From Mobula hypostoma (taxonomy: Eukaryota), in the NCBI RefSeq assembly GCF_963921235.1, contig NC_086108.1, positions 40,116,001-40,180,000 on the forward strand: 64,000 bases of DNA, given 5' to 3'. The translations under genes were made by a program, and so were the position numbers. This document shows, in pieces, positions 42,481 through 56,116 of the stretch; the stretch's first letter is position 1, and each line of letters opens with the position of its first letter. Below the pieces are notes generated by a model. The model had not been told where the DNA came from and did not search any database. It worked only from the letters and a program-made list of their open reading frames with translations.

Positions 42481-44144
42481 TCAGGATATCTGAAGAGAAT
42501 TCATGTGACAAATAGTATGATTTAATACATTACATTGCTAATGTGCTATCCGAATCCCACAGCACTTTTCTCATATTGCTTCATATGTGATACTTTACTG
42601 AATCTGTTTGTTCTTTATCGTATACCTTCCACTGCAGTGCCAGATATCTTCAAAGACCATGTAATTGAGAAATCTCTATCAGATACCCTGTGATGAAGTT
42701 GCCCAATTATATTATGACTTATCTGTTGTTTAATCTGTAAAACTATTCTACAACATGGGGAGTGCTGGAAATCTAAACAAATGCACCCACTGGCATTACA
42801 ACCGCCTCACAGGAAGACCTGGGATGCACAAAATTAGGACCACTTGTATTTATTGTGTTGTGGTGTTTTCTAATAATAATTGTTTTAGGTTTGTCATTCT
42901 TAGTGGACTTCTACTTTGGATTTTATTTATTGACTAATAAAAGTACTTTGTTTAATACTTCTGTTGTTTCTTTTTACTTCATTACAATCTCTCCTCTCTC
43001 ACCCTGTGAGGGAACAGTATTTACAGTACATATACTAATCCCTACTAATTATATATCAATTGAACTTAGTACAGCTTGTTTTTTAATCTCATGTTTGTTC
43101 AGGGACATCCCATTTTCTCTCCGTTCTTCTTCTACCACAAAGCCCCAACCCAAATTACATCTGCAACTCCAGCAGTTATCCTCACTCCCACACCCTAAGC
43201 TAAACCTCAGTATCTGTGATATATTGTTGCTTGAGACATGTGGAAAATGTGGAAAACATATGTCAGCTACTTGTCCTCTGCAAACTTATCATTCTTTTCG
43301 AGGAACAAAACAACTTCTAGGCACCTCTCTCTTCACTGTCAGTATTCTAGTCTGCATTATCAGGAGCTATGCAAGGTTCTGGAATATTTAATTCTTAATC
43401 ATGTTCTCAGATGTTAGGGAGGGGCTTAAGATTGCTTCAGGATGGAGATTGTGCTTTAATCAAATCATCAGTGCCCAACAGCAGTGAAGAAAATATAAAT
43501 GTTTCAATTGTGAGATAAGCTTGCCAAACACCTGTTCAATATTTTGGAGAAGATTAACATCACCAAAGGATAAGTGTATGTTGTTGTTTTGCCAGAGCTC
43601 CACTTTCTGGAAATCCAGTTAGCTCTCCTCCTTTGAAACTTTTAGTTGTGTCTTCAGCTCTTTTTACCACTCTCATCTGCTCTTCTACAATAATGATGCT
43701 TAATGATGTAAAATGACAGTCATTTCAGATCTTGATCTCACAAAGTGGTGTTGGGTTCCTATTTTAAAGTTTTGTCGAAAAAATTATATGCACTCAAATG
43801 TAGAAAATACATTAAGTTTTCATAATCATGTGATCATAACAATATAACTTGGGCTCTCTTGTTACCTATATCTTGGAGGAAAATCTTATTCAGCTTGTCT
43901 CTGCGTTTTCCATTCTTTGAGTGAAGTTAGTTCTATAAGTAGGCATAGATACATGCTTACCACAGATGCTTCTTTTCTCTTTTGATCTTTTCATAACTTG
44001 GTCTTCTTTATTTTAATTACTAGCAGTGCAAGAATAGTGATCACGACAAGTGTACTGCTTATTTCCTAATTTGAGTGAATTAATCAATAAGTAACACTGT
44101 TTTCTCTCCACCTAGAGATCTCATTGCAGAGCATAATTTTGTGC

Positions 44145-44466
44145 AAAGTCAGAGGCTTTTTCCCAGGGCTGAAATGGCTAACAGGAGAGGGCACAGTTTT
44201 AAGGTGCTTGGAAGTAGGTACAGAGGAGATGTCAGGGGTAAGTTTTTTTATGCAGCGAGTGGTGAGTGCGTGGAATGAGCTGCCAGTGACGGCGGTGGAG
44301 GCAGATACAACAGGGTCTTTTAAAAGACTCCTGGATAGGTACATGGAACTTAGAAAAATAGAGGGCTATGGGTAACTCTAGATAATTTCTAAAGTAAGTA
44401 CATGTTCAGCACAGCATTGTGGGCCAAAGGGCTTGTATTGTGCTGTAGTTTTTCTATGTTTCTATG
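44145..44466 (+). mobile_element. CR1 3' end
   Basis: FFMQRVVSAWNELP...GYG plus 3' UTR ending tttctatgtttctatg. Confidence 0.85.
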
Positions 44467-46019
44467 CCTGGGAGCACTGCCAGAATTCCCATAGACAAAT
44501 GCACGGCTTGTGGCTCCTGTGGGATCTCACATGCAGAAACCAGCTTTCTAGTGATCTGCTTCAATATTACTTAAAGGGGTCTTGCCTGACCTGGACACAT
44601 CCCATAAAGTCTGGTTTGGGCAACCCACCTCAGATAGTTCCCCTTTAGGGAAAATACTTACTGGCTTTGCCCTGTTTCCTTCAAACTATCAAATTGTCTA
44701 CTAACTGAGTCCCTACCTACCTGTTAAGTTGAATGTGATTGGATACTGCAAACATTGACTCCTCCCTCCTCCCCCCCATCCCAGCAATAGAATCTTAGGT
44801 GATTACCAGCCTCAACAACCTCCCTGGTCACTGATACATCACCTCCTACTGATTCCATTCCCCCCCCACCATATTCTTTGACACCCATCCTTGCTCTGAC
44901 CTTGTGAGCAACTTTCACCCTGGCCACTCTGACGGCCTCTGGCACTGACTCCTTTAGTGTTTCCAATCCCTCACTCCACCTACCAATCATTTCCAATAAA
45001 TCTCCCATCCCAATTATCAACCCACAAGCCCTTGTGTACCACAGAATTACAGGTCTGACCCGAAGTAATCATGTTAAACACCCTCTTCAGAGATGTTTTT
45101 ACATTTTGAGGTGATTGGATTTTAATGGCTGCAGAATTGCATATGCCAATTAAAGAATTAAGGCCAAGAAATTGAAGGGTGCCTCGAAATCTGCATTACT
45201 CAAGGGCAGGCTGTTTCCAAATCTAGACGCCTGTGAGTTCCGGGGTGTAGTGGCTTACTGAATTGGCCTTATATACTCAAAAGCTTTTTTTTCCACAAGT
45301 TCCACCATTCAGAACATGCAAAGGCAAACAACTCGGTTATCAGGCTGGGTCCTGGTTTCAGGTACTCAAGAAGGGAGGCCGGGACTAGAGAGGAGTGTCA
45401 GTTGAGTTTTTTGTTGGTGGGGGGAATGGCTTTGAGATCATGCTGAATCAGGGAGCTACTGTTTACTGCTTGGCCATGGTGAGGTCTGCTGGAGGAATTG
45501 GGCTAGAGGTCACCGAGAGAGATAGGAATGGAGTGCAGGAGCAGGGTTGTGCTGGAACTTGGTGGTGGGTTGGCCAGGGAATGCTTGGGGAATGTGATTA
45601 GGACACCATTGTCAAACAGGCTTGGAACTACTTTGGCTCTGGTAATGCCTGAAATCCCCTTCTGAACCTTGCCACCACTCTACCTCTCCATCTTAAGAGA
45701 TAATTTTTAGAGCATACTTTTGATCCACTGTCTCTCAGTGGCTGAGCTTTGTTTATTTTCTTGAAAACACTCCCTTGAGGTGCCTTGTTGTTGTGATATG
45801 AGTGCTATATAAATGCACATTGTTCTTCATAATCTTGCCCCGCTCCACTTCCGAACTTCCAGTGGACTTCTTATTCAGTTCCTTTCTGCATTCACCACCC
45901 CCCCCCCCCTTTCCCTTGCCCCTCCACTGGTGGTTAAAAGTCAAATTCCTTCCTTAACCTTTCTATGCCCTTCTGCCTTTCTGTATCATTGGAAACATTC
46001 CCAAAGTGCCATCTGTTCG

Positions 46020-46240
46020 ACCTTGGCTGAATGGCAGCGCTCGCAGCTTCATGCCACTCTTGACACCTGAGCATGCAGCCGAGGTTGACACTCTCAGAAC
46101 AGCACTGCGGGAATCCTCAACCACCAGAAGCTTTACCTTTCCAATGAGGCATTGAACTGTGCCCCAGTTCAAATGGACTTAAAGATCCCATGACATCAAT
46201 GATTATGTTCCCCCTGATTGGTTAGTCTATTTACCATATG
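46020..46240 (+). mobile_element. Degraded Deu-domain-like SINE (SacSINE1/SINE3 type)
   Basis: atgaggcattgaac...ttaaagatcccatgacat resembles the recalled Deu core GATGAGACGTTAAAC...AAAGATCCCATGGCAC. Confidence 0.4.
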
Positions 46241-47199
46241 TGGCTGGCACAAGACTGTATTTATTGCCCATTCCTAGCCAGGCAAACTTTTTTCACCATT
46301 ACAAGCTCAATGATTTGATATGTGCCAAAAATCTGGAGGAGTTTGATTTGGTAATGTTAAAAGAATAGGTATATGTGTCCACATTAGGATGGAACATAGC
46401 TTGAAAGGCAACTTCCTGTTCTTTCTGTATGCCCTGGTGGTAGAGGTCGCAGCAGAGAACACTTATCATGTCAGCCTTGCAATGAATAGTTCCTTTGAGG
46501 GACTGCTGTCAGCAGATGCTGAGATCAGCCATATGTAGAGCAAGGATTCAAATTGACCTCAATGCTCTGGGTGGCATTGAGGTTCTTGAGATAGGGTTGT
46601 GGGGCTGCATACTTCAAATGAGCCCTAAGTGTTATATCCCATTCTTAACTACTGACTTTCAGAGTAGATAGAACCTTCTAACGGCAGGAAAATTAGTCAC
46701 TCTGCAAGATATAGGGCTTCAGCTTAGCTCTTTTACTTATGATGTTTCTATGGATGCCCTTGACACGTTTCTGGCCATTAATATCTTCCAGGTATTTGTA
46801 AAGATGGCGTCTTTGAAGTTTAAGTGGGAATTGCCAGGGATTCTCCTCTTGTTTTGGACGTTCCTTATTTTTTACTTAAGAAACATGAAAGATATGTGTC
46901 ACTTGATAGCTTAAAGCCAAATATTACACGAGTCTTGCTGTAGATTGGCTTGGGGTTTTTCACATGTAGAAGAGAACTGAATGTAGTTGCACATCATGCC
47001 TTCAAAACTAAACCCCGTTCAACATTGTTGTCTTAAGGAAAAGGATCTATTTGGATTGTGGAAACGTCTCTGAGAGAGGCTGACCTGTCTGGATGATGCT
47101 GTGGCAACCACAAAACCTCTTTGTGTTGGGTATGACTCGGGACATTGTCATTGACTGGTTTTCCAGCCATGTTCTAGTTCCTTCCATTTTGCAATAGTT

Positions 47200-47610
47200 C
47201 CTTGGAGAGCTACATCATGGACACTAGCTTCTCCACCACCGAGGACAGCTTCAAAAGGTGATGCCGCAAGAAAGCGGCACCAATTTTTAAAGACCCTACC
47301 ATCCGGGGCATGCCCACTTCTCATTGCCACCATAAGGGAGGAAGTACAGGAGTCTGAAGGTACACATTCAATGTTTTAAGTAAACTTCTTCCCCTCTGCC
47401 ATCAGATTTCTGAATGGTCCATGAAACCATAGACACCACCTCAGTATTTTGGTCTGCTTATGAACTACTTATTTATTTAGTTTTTATATTTTTTATTGCA
47501 ACTTATGGTACTTTTGATATGTAGTGCACTGGAGTCCTGCCACAGAATAACAAATTTTATGACAGATGTTGATGATAATAAATTTGATTCTGATCTTGTT
47601 TTGATTCTGG
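47200..47610 (+). mobile_element. Rex1/Babar-type LINE 3' end
   Basis: Similar to 26880-27285; (GATTCT)-like tail. Confidence 0.65.
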
Positions 47611-48086
47611 AGCCATGCTCTGTCCAATGCAGCTTTGATACTGAGGGTAGTTACTCTTGTCATTCCTCGGTATTGAACTCATACATCTCAGTGATGAATA
47701 ATGGAATCAAAAGACAATAAGATATAGGAGCAGAAGTAGGCTATTCAGCCATCGAGTCTGCTCTGCCATTCAATCATGGGCTGATCCAATTCCTCCAGTC
47801 ATCCCCACTCCCCTGCCTTCTCCCCATACCCTTTGATGCCCTGGCTAATCAAGAACCTATCTATCTCTGAATCAATACTTTTTGCTGAAAGTAAAATGGT
47901 GAACAAATGTTAAGAGAAGACTGTGTGGTTGACCAACTCCATCCCTCCATCGATGAAATAGAGAAGGCCAATACAGCAACAATTGGCTGCAATAATCGGT
48001 CTCTTAGATCATTTTCGTTATACATGTAATGAGTCTACAAAGCATGGACATGTGCTGCACTCTGTAACTGTGTGTGTGGACATATT

Positions 48087-48264
48087 GAAGACATAATGCA
48101 GCAGGCTAGGCAGCATCTATATGAAGAGGTACAGTCGACGTTTCAGGCTGAGACCCTTCGTCAGGACTAACTGAAAGAAGAGATAGTAAGAGATTTGAAA
48201 GTGGGAGGGGGAGAGTTCACCAGCATTTTTTGTGTGTGTTGCTTGAATTTCCAGCATCTCTGTT
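48087..48264. mobile_element. Penelope pseudo-LTR insertion with inverted segment
   Basis: 12-bp TSD TGTGGACATATT (48075-48086, 48265-48276); a minus-strand pseudo-LTR piece joined to a plus-strand tail. Confidence 0.8.
48133..48168 (-). ncRNA. Minimal type I hammerhead ribozyme motif
   Basis: Minus strand RNA: AGUC CUGACGA AGGGUCUCAGCCU GAAAC GUC GACU. Stem I is AGUC/GACU, the CUGANGA and GAAA core and GUC triplet are intact, and palindromic ACGU stands in place of stem III. Confidence 0.75.
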
Positions 48265-48601
48265 TGTGGACATATTTCTTGGATAGGAGAATGATGTGGT
48301 ATTCCTACTTTGTAACAATGTAATATGGTTTGTAGTAGATTTTGAGGGCTAAGCATGCACATAGGTCAAGTGCTTTGACTTGCAGATACACCACTTCATC
48401 TTTTCACGAGTGTACCACATACCTTAATGTATTTATGGAAGCATTACAAATCGGTAATATGGCAACTTTCCATTAGTGATAAATGTTGAAGGATATTACT
48501 CACTTTTGCATGGTAAATGTTGAATGATCTAATGGCATCAGGACTGAATATTTTGCTGAGTTTTCTTTCAACAAATTGCATGGAATCTTGTTTGTTTAAG
48601 G

Positions 48602-51375
48602 CATTGATTCTCAATGGGGGTGGTTATGTGTTCTAAGGGGGTGGTGGGGAAAATAGAAGTTATTGGGGGTGTTCAAGATTCTTGGGGGGGGTGGGCAATA
48701 AACAGCATCCTAACTGTGGCACTATAGTTATTGAGACCTTATGTGATTGGTCAATCATGCTGATTGGAATAGTATAAAGGTAGGTTGTCAAACACCAGCT
48801 CTATCCTGACTAATATGTAGATTCCAATCTGAATCCTTGTTAATGTAATTTTCACAGTTGTGATCGTCTTCATCTTTGCCTGGCCGTTCCTTTCCGTGTT
48901 GCTGCCATCATTCCCTCTACGTCAACTTACTGCCATTGTTAACATCTGATAGGCATTCCCAATTTGTGTTAACTTTTTATTTTAATTTAGCCCTATTAAT
49001 GATGGTTAAATATGTACGGCGAGATCTCTGTGAGTCTGAAGACGGCGAAGTCTTGAATTCTACTCCTGCTAAGAAACAGTAACTACAGAAAGTGCATCAA
49101 TACAATGTTGCTTAGCTGGAGTGTGGGTTTATTCTGTTCCTGTCAGATTAGAGACACCCCATGTATCTTATTTGTATACTGTACAGTCTAATGAAGCTTG
49201 TGGGCACATGGCCAAGTGGTTAGGGCATTGGACTAGCGACCTGAAGGTCGTGAGTTCGAGCCCCAGCCGAGGGAACGTGTTGTGTCCTTGAGCAAGGCAC
49301 TTAATCACACATTGCTCTGCGATGACACTGGTGCCAAGCTGTATGGGTCCTAATGACCTTCCCTTGGACAACATTGGTGTCGTGGAGAGGGGAGACTTGC
49401 AGCACGGGCAACTGCTGGTCTTCCATACAACCTTGCCCGGGCCTGCGCCCTGGAGAGTGAAGACTTTCCAGGCGCAGATCCATGGTCTCGCAAGACTAAC
49501 GGATGCCTCCTAATGAAGTCATGAAACCATCAAGATTGCAGGAACTCTTCCGTAAAAGACACCCTGAAAAGGCTACTTCTGGTATTACTCAGTTCCAGAA
49601 GATGAAAGAAACATTTGAAAAACATTGCACACTCAAGTTATTTGCCAAGAAAGCTAAAAATGACGTTGATAGTAGTCTCATTGATGTGTGGAAAATCTCA
49701 CACAATAGGTGAAAGATTAATATTGCCTGCTGTATCTGAGGGTCTCACCACTGTTCTCAAAATGCATACTAGTATCTTGAAATCAATTCCTCTGAGTAAT
49801 AACTCTATAGCTCCACATTTTGACAAAATGAGTGAAGACATTGATTATCAACTATGCACAGAGATGAAAACACAGAATCTGGGATACAACTGGATCAGTC
49901 AACTGTGCGAAACAAGGAGATATTGTCAATGGCATATGTACTGTTCATCAAAAATGGAAAAAATTATGAAGATATTCTCTTTTGAAAAAAGTTAAAACAA
50001 ATATCAATGGAGAATCAATCTACAACAAGCTTAAAATGCATATTAAGGATAAAAGTATTTCAATTAGGAACATGATTTCTTGTGCAATAGATGGAACACC
50101 ATATATGACAGGTCACCATGCTGGTTTCGTGGCATTTGTGAGAAAAGAAATTCCAAGCCTGTTGCAGTCCATTGTGTAATTCATTGTCATCAATTTGCAG
50201 CCAAAAACCTCAGCCAGTGTCTTTTTTCAAGCAAGACTCTTATAATATCTTGTAATATCTACTCTCAATAACATTACAGCTCATTGATTAAATAGCAGGA
50301 TATTTTGCCAGTTATGCCATGATAACAATGAAGAGTTTAAACACTTGTTTCTTCACATTAAAGTTCATTGGCTGTGAAAAGGCTGCTGCTTAAAACATTT
50401 CTTTGATCTCTCTAGCACTATTGAATTTTTGATAAAGCTGGCAAGAGCTTTGGAAACAAGACTGAACCTCTACGTGGAGATGTGGCATACCTAGCTGATC
50501 TGTATGACAAAATGAACATCCTAAATATGAAACTGCAGGGTGAAAATTTAAATTTAATCCAGGCAAAAAGTGCATTGTCCACTTTTATCAGAATGTTGGA
50601 AATATATAAGCAAAACATTGTGAGAAGAATGCTTTCACTGTTTCCCTGTATGGAAAGCATGGCACTCCATTTCATAGATGGCGATTTGCAAGAGTACTCC
50701 TTACACCTGCAGTCACCGAAGAAGGATTTTCAGAGTCAATTCAAGGATTTGAACAATCTGGAAATTCTGGACTGGATAATTAACCCATTTCTTTTCAAGG
50801 TGGAAGAAGGGAAAGGGAGCTTGCGAGAAGAAATTATCAAAATTCAGAATAATGAAGCAAAAGTGCTTTTCAAAAATGTCGGCTTTTGTGGTATGTGGCT
50901 ACACTGTCATATGAAAGTTACTGGTCTTTGGAGAAGAGCCACACTACATTTCAGTGCATTTCCATCCTCCTGCCTGGTTGAAAGAGGCTTCAGTGCAGTG
51001 AACCACATACTTACAAAAACAGAAACTGTTTGGGCATTGTTATGCATGGCGACTTAAGGCATTTGCTGTCGCAACTTAAACCAGATATTTCAGCTCTTGC
51101 TAAAAACCATCAAGCTCAAGGATCACATTGATATCAAACCTGCTGTACAGCGCACAGGTACTACATAAGCCAGGTTTAAAGTGAACAAAAAATAAAAGCA
51201 GAATCATTTTTCTCATGTTAGCATATGGTAGACATGTTTTTACTCGATGGGGGCACTGGAAAGTATATTGTGCCTAAGAGGGAAGTTGGCAAGTATAAAG
51301 GTACTTTGGGGGGTGTTGCCAAGTATGAAAGCTCTTTGTGGGGTGGTTTGGGCTATAAAAGGTTGGGAAACACTG
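48602..51375 (+). mobile_element. hAT (Charlie/Buster-type) DNA transposon with decayed transposase
   Basis: TIRs CATTGATTCTCAA / CAGTGTTTCCCAA; 8-bp TSD GTTTAAGG/GTCTAAGG; motifs MKPSRL, KSHTIGERLILPA, IPLSNNSI, DGTPYMTG, HCVIH, AYLADLY, FPSSCLVERGFSA split by frameshifts. Confidence 0.92.
49197..49509 (+). mobile_element. tRNA-derived SINE nested in the hAT transposase
   Basis: A box TGGCCAAGTGG, B box GTTCGAGCC, 9-bp TSD CTAATGAAG (49188-49196, 49510-49518). Confidence 0.88.
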
Positions 51376-51714
51376 GTCTAAGGCCTCCTCTTGGACGAGT
51401 GAATGTGCACAGTATAGAAGACCACAGTGACCCAGCACTTTTCTTAGTACTGTGCAATCTCACTCACAGTAGCCTGCTGAGTAGAAGCATGATAACATAG
51501 CCAGCTCAGTTGACTATCTCAGTACTGAGCTTACCATCTATTTAGCTTATTATTCATGTGAGTGGATATGTTCTTCAAAGCAATAGGTGTAGCCAGGAAT
51601 AATTTTCTGATTGGACATAGGTACACACAAATTATACAGACCTCAACCATGTCACATCACTCATAGTTACCTGCAGGATGCTGTAGTTTGATTACACAAG
51701 CAATTGCGTGCCTG

Positions 51715-54700
51715 CCATTATGTAATTGATAGGTAGCTGTGCACAGACACAACAAGTTGGCGATGAGAATGGGATCTGAACCCATGGATGCAAAATACAG
51801 GTTTCCCCCGCCATCCGAAGGTAGAGCGTTCCTATGAAACGGTTCATAAGCCGGAATGTCGTAAAGCGAAGAAGCAATTACCATTTATTTATATGGGAAA
51901 ATTTTGTGAGTGTTCGCAGACCCAAAAATAACCTACCAAATCATGCCAAATAACACATAAAACCTAAAATAACAGTAACATATAGTAAAAGCAGGAATGA
52001 TATGATAAATACACAGCCTATATAAAGTAGAAATACTTTTCCACGATCATTACTGAACTGTTCTCCGAAGCGAAAATCTCACGCAAGCGCTGTCGGCAGA
52101 AAATCTCACCCAAGCGCTGTTGGCAAGAACACTCTGTCCAGTAACCTTTAAGCTATGAAGCTGCCAAATCATACTAAATAACATGTAAAAATACACAGCC
52201 GATATAAAGTAGAAATAATGTATGTGCAGTGTAGTATCACTTACCGGAATTGGGAAAGTGCGGAGCACACGGATGATGGTGAGTTAGGCTGAGTCGTCAC
52301 AGGTTGGGATGGTGCAGTGGCCCCCACCCTCCAGGCCGCCGAGCGATACATTGCCACGAAGCACGCAGGGGTAGCCGGGAGCTGGGAAGCACACAGCACA
52401 TCTTTGAGAAAAAAGCCAAAACAAACATGCTAATTAATTAGGTGCCGCCCGACATGTAATTGTCGGCCCAGATCAGTGCCGATTGCCGATTGCGTCGTCT
52501 CTGATCTGGGCCGACAATTATGTGTTGGCGGCACCTAATTAATTAGCATGTTTATTTTGGCTTTTTTCTTAAAGATGTGCTGTGTGCCTCCCGGCTACCA
52601 TTGCATTCTCCGCGAATTGGTACAGTATCTGTCCGTGGCCTGGGGGTTGGGTTGGTGGGACACTGGGGTGTCATCTCGTCGTCTGTTTCCATTAGAGCAG
52701 GCAGCTCATCTTCTATCTCTGCCTGCCTCGATGTTGAAGGTCGAGGTTCGTCGTCCGCTGTGGCTGATGTGGAAAGGCTGGCTTGACTGCTGAGCCTCGC
52801 GCATTTTTCTATCACACAGTTCTTTGTAAGGACTCAAACCATACTGCAAATAACCCCTAAACCAACGTACCCTTTCAAAATTAAAGTCGTACTTTATCAT
52901 TACTCATTCGATTTCGATTGTTATCCTTTCCTTTTCCAATTGCATCAGCTCTTCATCTATTAGATCTTGGTTATGGTATGCCAAAACCTCTTCAACATCA
53001 TGTTCGTCAGCTTCCACAAGCCAAACTCACTTTATCCTTACTTTGTTCACCACAATCGAAACGCTTAATTATGTCTAGTTTTACGCTAAGTGTAACACCC
53101 TTACGAGCTCTTTCAGGCTTTTCTGATACCTTAGAACTCATCTTGCAAACGGCTGCCCACAGACATGTGTTAAAGCAATGCCGGCGAGAATCCGGGGGAG
53201 AGCGGCTGCTCAGGGCGCACGCTGCTTTTTATCGCTCACTGCTTTTTTTATGCGCTGATTTTTTATTGAAAGCTGCTTTTTTTTCATAACAGTGAAAACA
53301 CCTTCTGAAAGCGAAAACAGGGTACTAGTGTAGGTCTTTCGTAACAGTGAGGTTTCGTAAAGCGAACGTTCGAAAAGCGGGGGACATCTGTACTCAAAAG
53401 AGGCTACTGTCCGAAAGACATCTAACCTTAGAACAGGCATTGGCCGTTGCGATATCATCCCAGACTGCAGCAAGGGATGCAGCAGAACTATAGAAAAGGA
53501 GGTTAGATTGCGAAATGCACAAAATGTCCCTGAATGGTGCAAAAATCCAAGAATGTTATTGATGTGGCAAATCCTCCCATGATGCAAATGACTGTTGGTT
53601 CAAAGAAAAAGTCTGCAGAAAGTGTCACAGACAAGGTCACGTAGAAAGAGTGTGCAAGGCAGACAAAAAAGCACAACCAAGTGAAAAGTCTCAAACACAA
53701 AACTAAGGAAATGCATAAAGTTACCAAATGTAAAAAAGAATCAGACAACATAGAGTCTGAAAAGGAGAGCCGTCATGCCTAGAACTGCATAGTATAACTG
53801 AAGCAGATGACAAAATCATCTGGATCACAATAGTTGTGTCCGGTGTAAAACTGAAAATGGAACTGGACACAGGGTCAGCTTTGTCTGTAATTTCAGAAGC
53901 TGACTATAACAGACTACATTCTAAGTTACCATTAGAGAAGACCTTAGTGATGCCAAAGACCTGCACAGGCAAAGAAGTGTCTCCCAAAGGCAAACGGAAA
54001 GTGAATGTGACATATGGAGGCTAAACACAGTTAGAATTTTGCGGTGAAAAGTGGAAGGCCAGCACTTTGCAGACATGAATGGTTGAGGGAAATCCATCTA
54101 AACTGGCACTCAATCAAAGCTCTCAGTGTGGGATTAACAGGTAATGACAGCCCAGATGGTAGCGCTAACCAGAGACTGGCACAGCTACTTAAAGTTGATG
54201 AGAAGGTTTTTAAGAATGGAATCAGTAAAATCAAAGGCATGAAGGCCAGAATTGAATTGAATGAAGCAGCAACACCAAGATTTCACAGAGTGCATCCAGT
54301 GCCTTACACACTACATCCAAAAGTCAATGCTGAACTGCAGAGTTTGGAGGCATCTGCAACTCTCTCCAAGGTTGAGTGGAGCGAGTGGGCCAAGTTCATT
54401 GTCCTGGTGGTCAAGAAAGGGAAGGCTGGAGCTGTTTGCATATGTGGGGATTTCAAGGTGAGCAACAACTTCGTGCTGTGTACTGTGCAGTATTCTCTGC
54501 CATGAACAGAAGACATTTTTGCATCTTTGACATATGGAGAGAGGTTTTCAAAGATTGACTTGTCACCAAGCCAATCTGCAAATGGAGATTGAGGAGCCAG
54601 GCAGGAAGTTCCTCACAATCAACACTCACAAGGTACTGCTCCAGTATAACTGTCTCGCCTTTGGTGTCGCATCAGCTCCTGCAATTCAGCAAAGAGCAAG

Positions 54701-56081
54701 TGCTCTCTAATATCTCAGGAACAAAATGTTATCTTGATGACATCATCATGACTGGCAAAAATGATGAAGAACACCTCCAGATCCTTGGTAAAATGCTTAC
54801 CAGGCTGAGTGAGTATGGTCTGTGTGCAAAGAGAGAAAGTTTTTCCAAGAATGAAATCTCATATTGTGGGCATGTCATTGACAAGCATGACCTACATAAG
54901 TCACAGGAGAAGGCTGAAGCAGTACTGCAGGCACCGAAACTAGAAAATGCATCATAATTCAGGACATACTTGGGCCTTGTAAACTACTACCACCAGTTTC
55001 TCCCAAACATTGCTACAGTGCTGCAACCATTGAATGCACTGTTGCAGACAGGAGTAAAGTGGGAATGGTCAGAAAGATGCGAAAAAGCATTCAAGGAAAC
55101 AAAGACATTAATAACATCTGATGAACTGCTCACCCACTATGACCTATCCCTGCCCATCAGACTGGTATGGAATTGGGGCTGTTTTGTCACACACTTTTAA
55201 AGATAGATCTGAATACCTGATTGCATTTGCTTCAAGATCACTGATGAGCACAGAACGCATCTATGCACAGATGACCGAGAGGCCCTTAGTCTAGTATTTG
55301 GAATAAAGGAATTCCACCACTACCTCTATGGAAAAAGATTTATGGTAGTGACAGCCCACCAGCCTTTTGTGTCCATTTTCAATCCCAGGAAGGGAATTCC
55401 AGTGATGTCTGCGACTTGGTTACAACGTTGGGCTCTATTCCAAGGAGCCCACTCTTATGACAAAGAGCTCAAGGATACCAAACAACACAGCAATGCTGAT
55501 GGCTTGCTACATCTTCCACTACTGGCAACTGAGAAGAAAAGTTTTCATACTGTGACCCAGCAGAAGTGTTCCATACTGCATTGGTGGACCAGTTGCTGGT
55601 AACAAATTCTAAAATACAAAGGGAAACAAGTAATGGCCTGATATTGTCATTTCACAGGCTGAGAGGCATGATGAGAATGTCATCACTGACAAGACACCTG
55701 CCAAACCTGATGTCACTCCACGGGTCCAGAGGTACGATGAGAATGTTATTGTTGATAAGACACCCACCAAACGTGATGCCACTCTACTGGTTCAGAGATG
55801 CTGTCCTGAAAGAAACAGAGTGCCACCCAAAAGACTGAACCTTTAGAACTGTGAAGATAGTTATGGAACGTTATTGTGAAAGAATGTTTATTTGGAATAT
55901 GGGTTTGTGAAAGGGAAATTGAATGTTTTGTACATATACAGTTTTATGTTACTGTACACTGATCTAAATAGGGAGGAAGTGTAATGTATGGATCTATTTC
56001 TTTTAGAGCAGTGACACCCCCCCACCCCCAGCATTACATATTGATCTGTTGTCTGTGCATACGCTGTTGTATATGCAGCAC

Positions 56082-56116
<35 letters not shown>

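Noticed and set aside
42855..43391. 178-aa hydrophobic ORF
   Set aside because: Non-ATG start, T-rich composition explains the hydrophobicity, and no family is recognisable.
49197..49280. tRNA genes here and at about 20400-20474 and 20824-20890
   Set aside because: The A/B boxes are SINE heads followed by body and tail sequence and flanked by TSDs; no complete cloverleaf is evident.
50482..51057. 191-aa ORF as a domesticated ZBED/SCAND3-like gene
   Set aside because: Part of a frameshifted transposase between TIRs with a TSD, and interrupted by a SINE.
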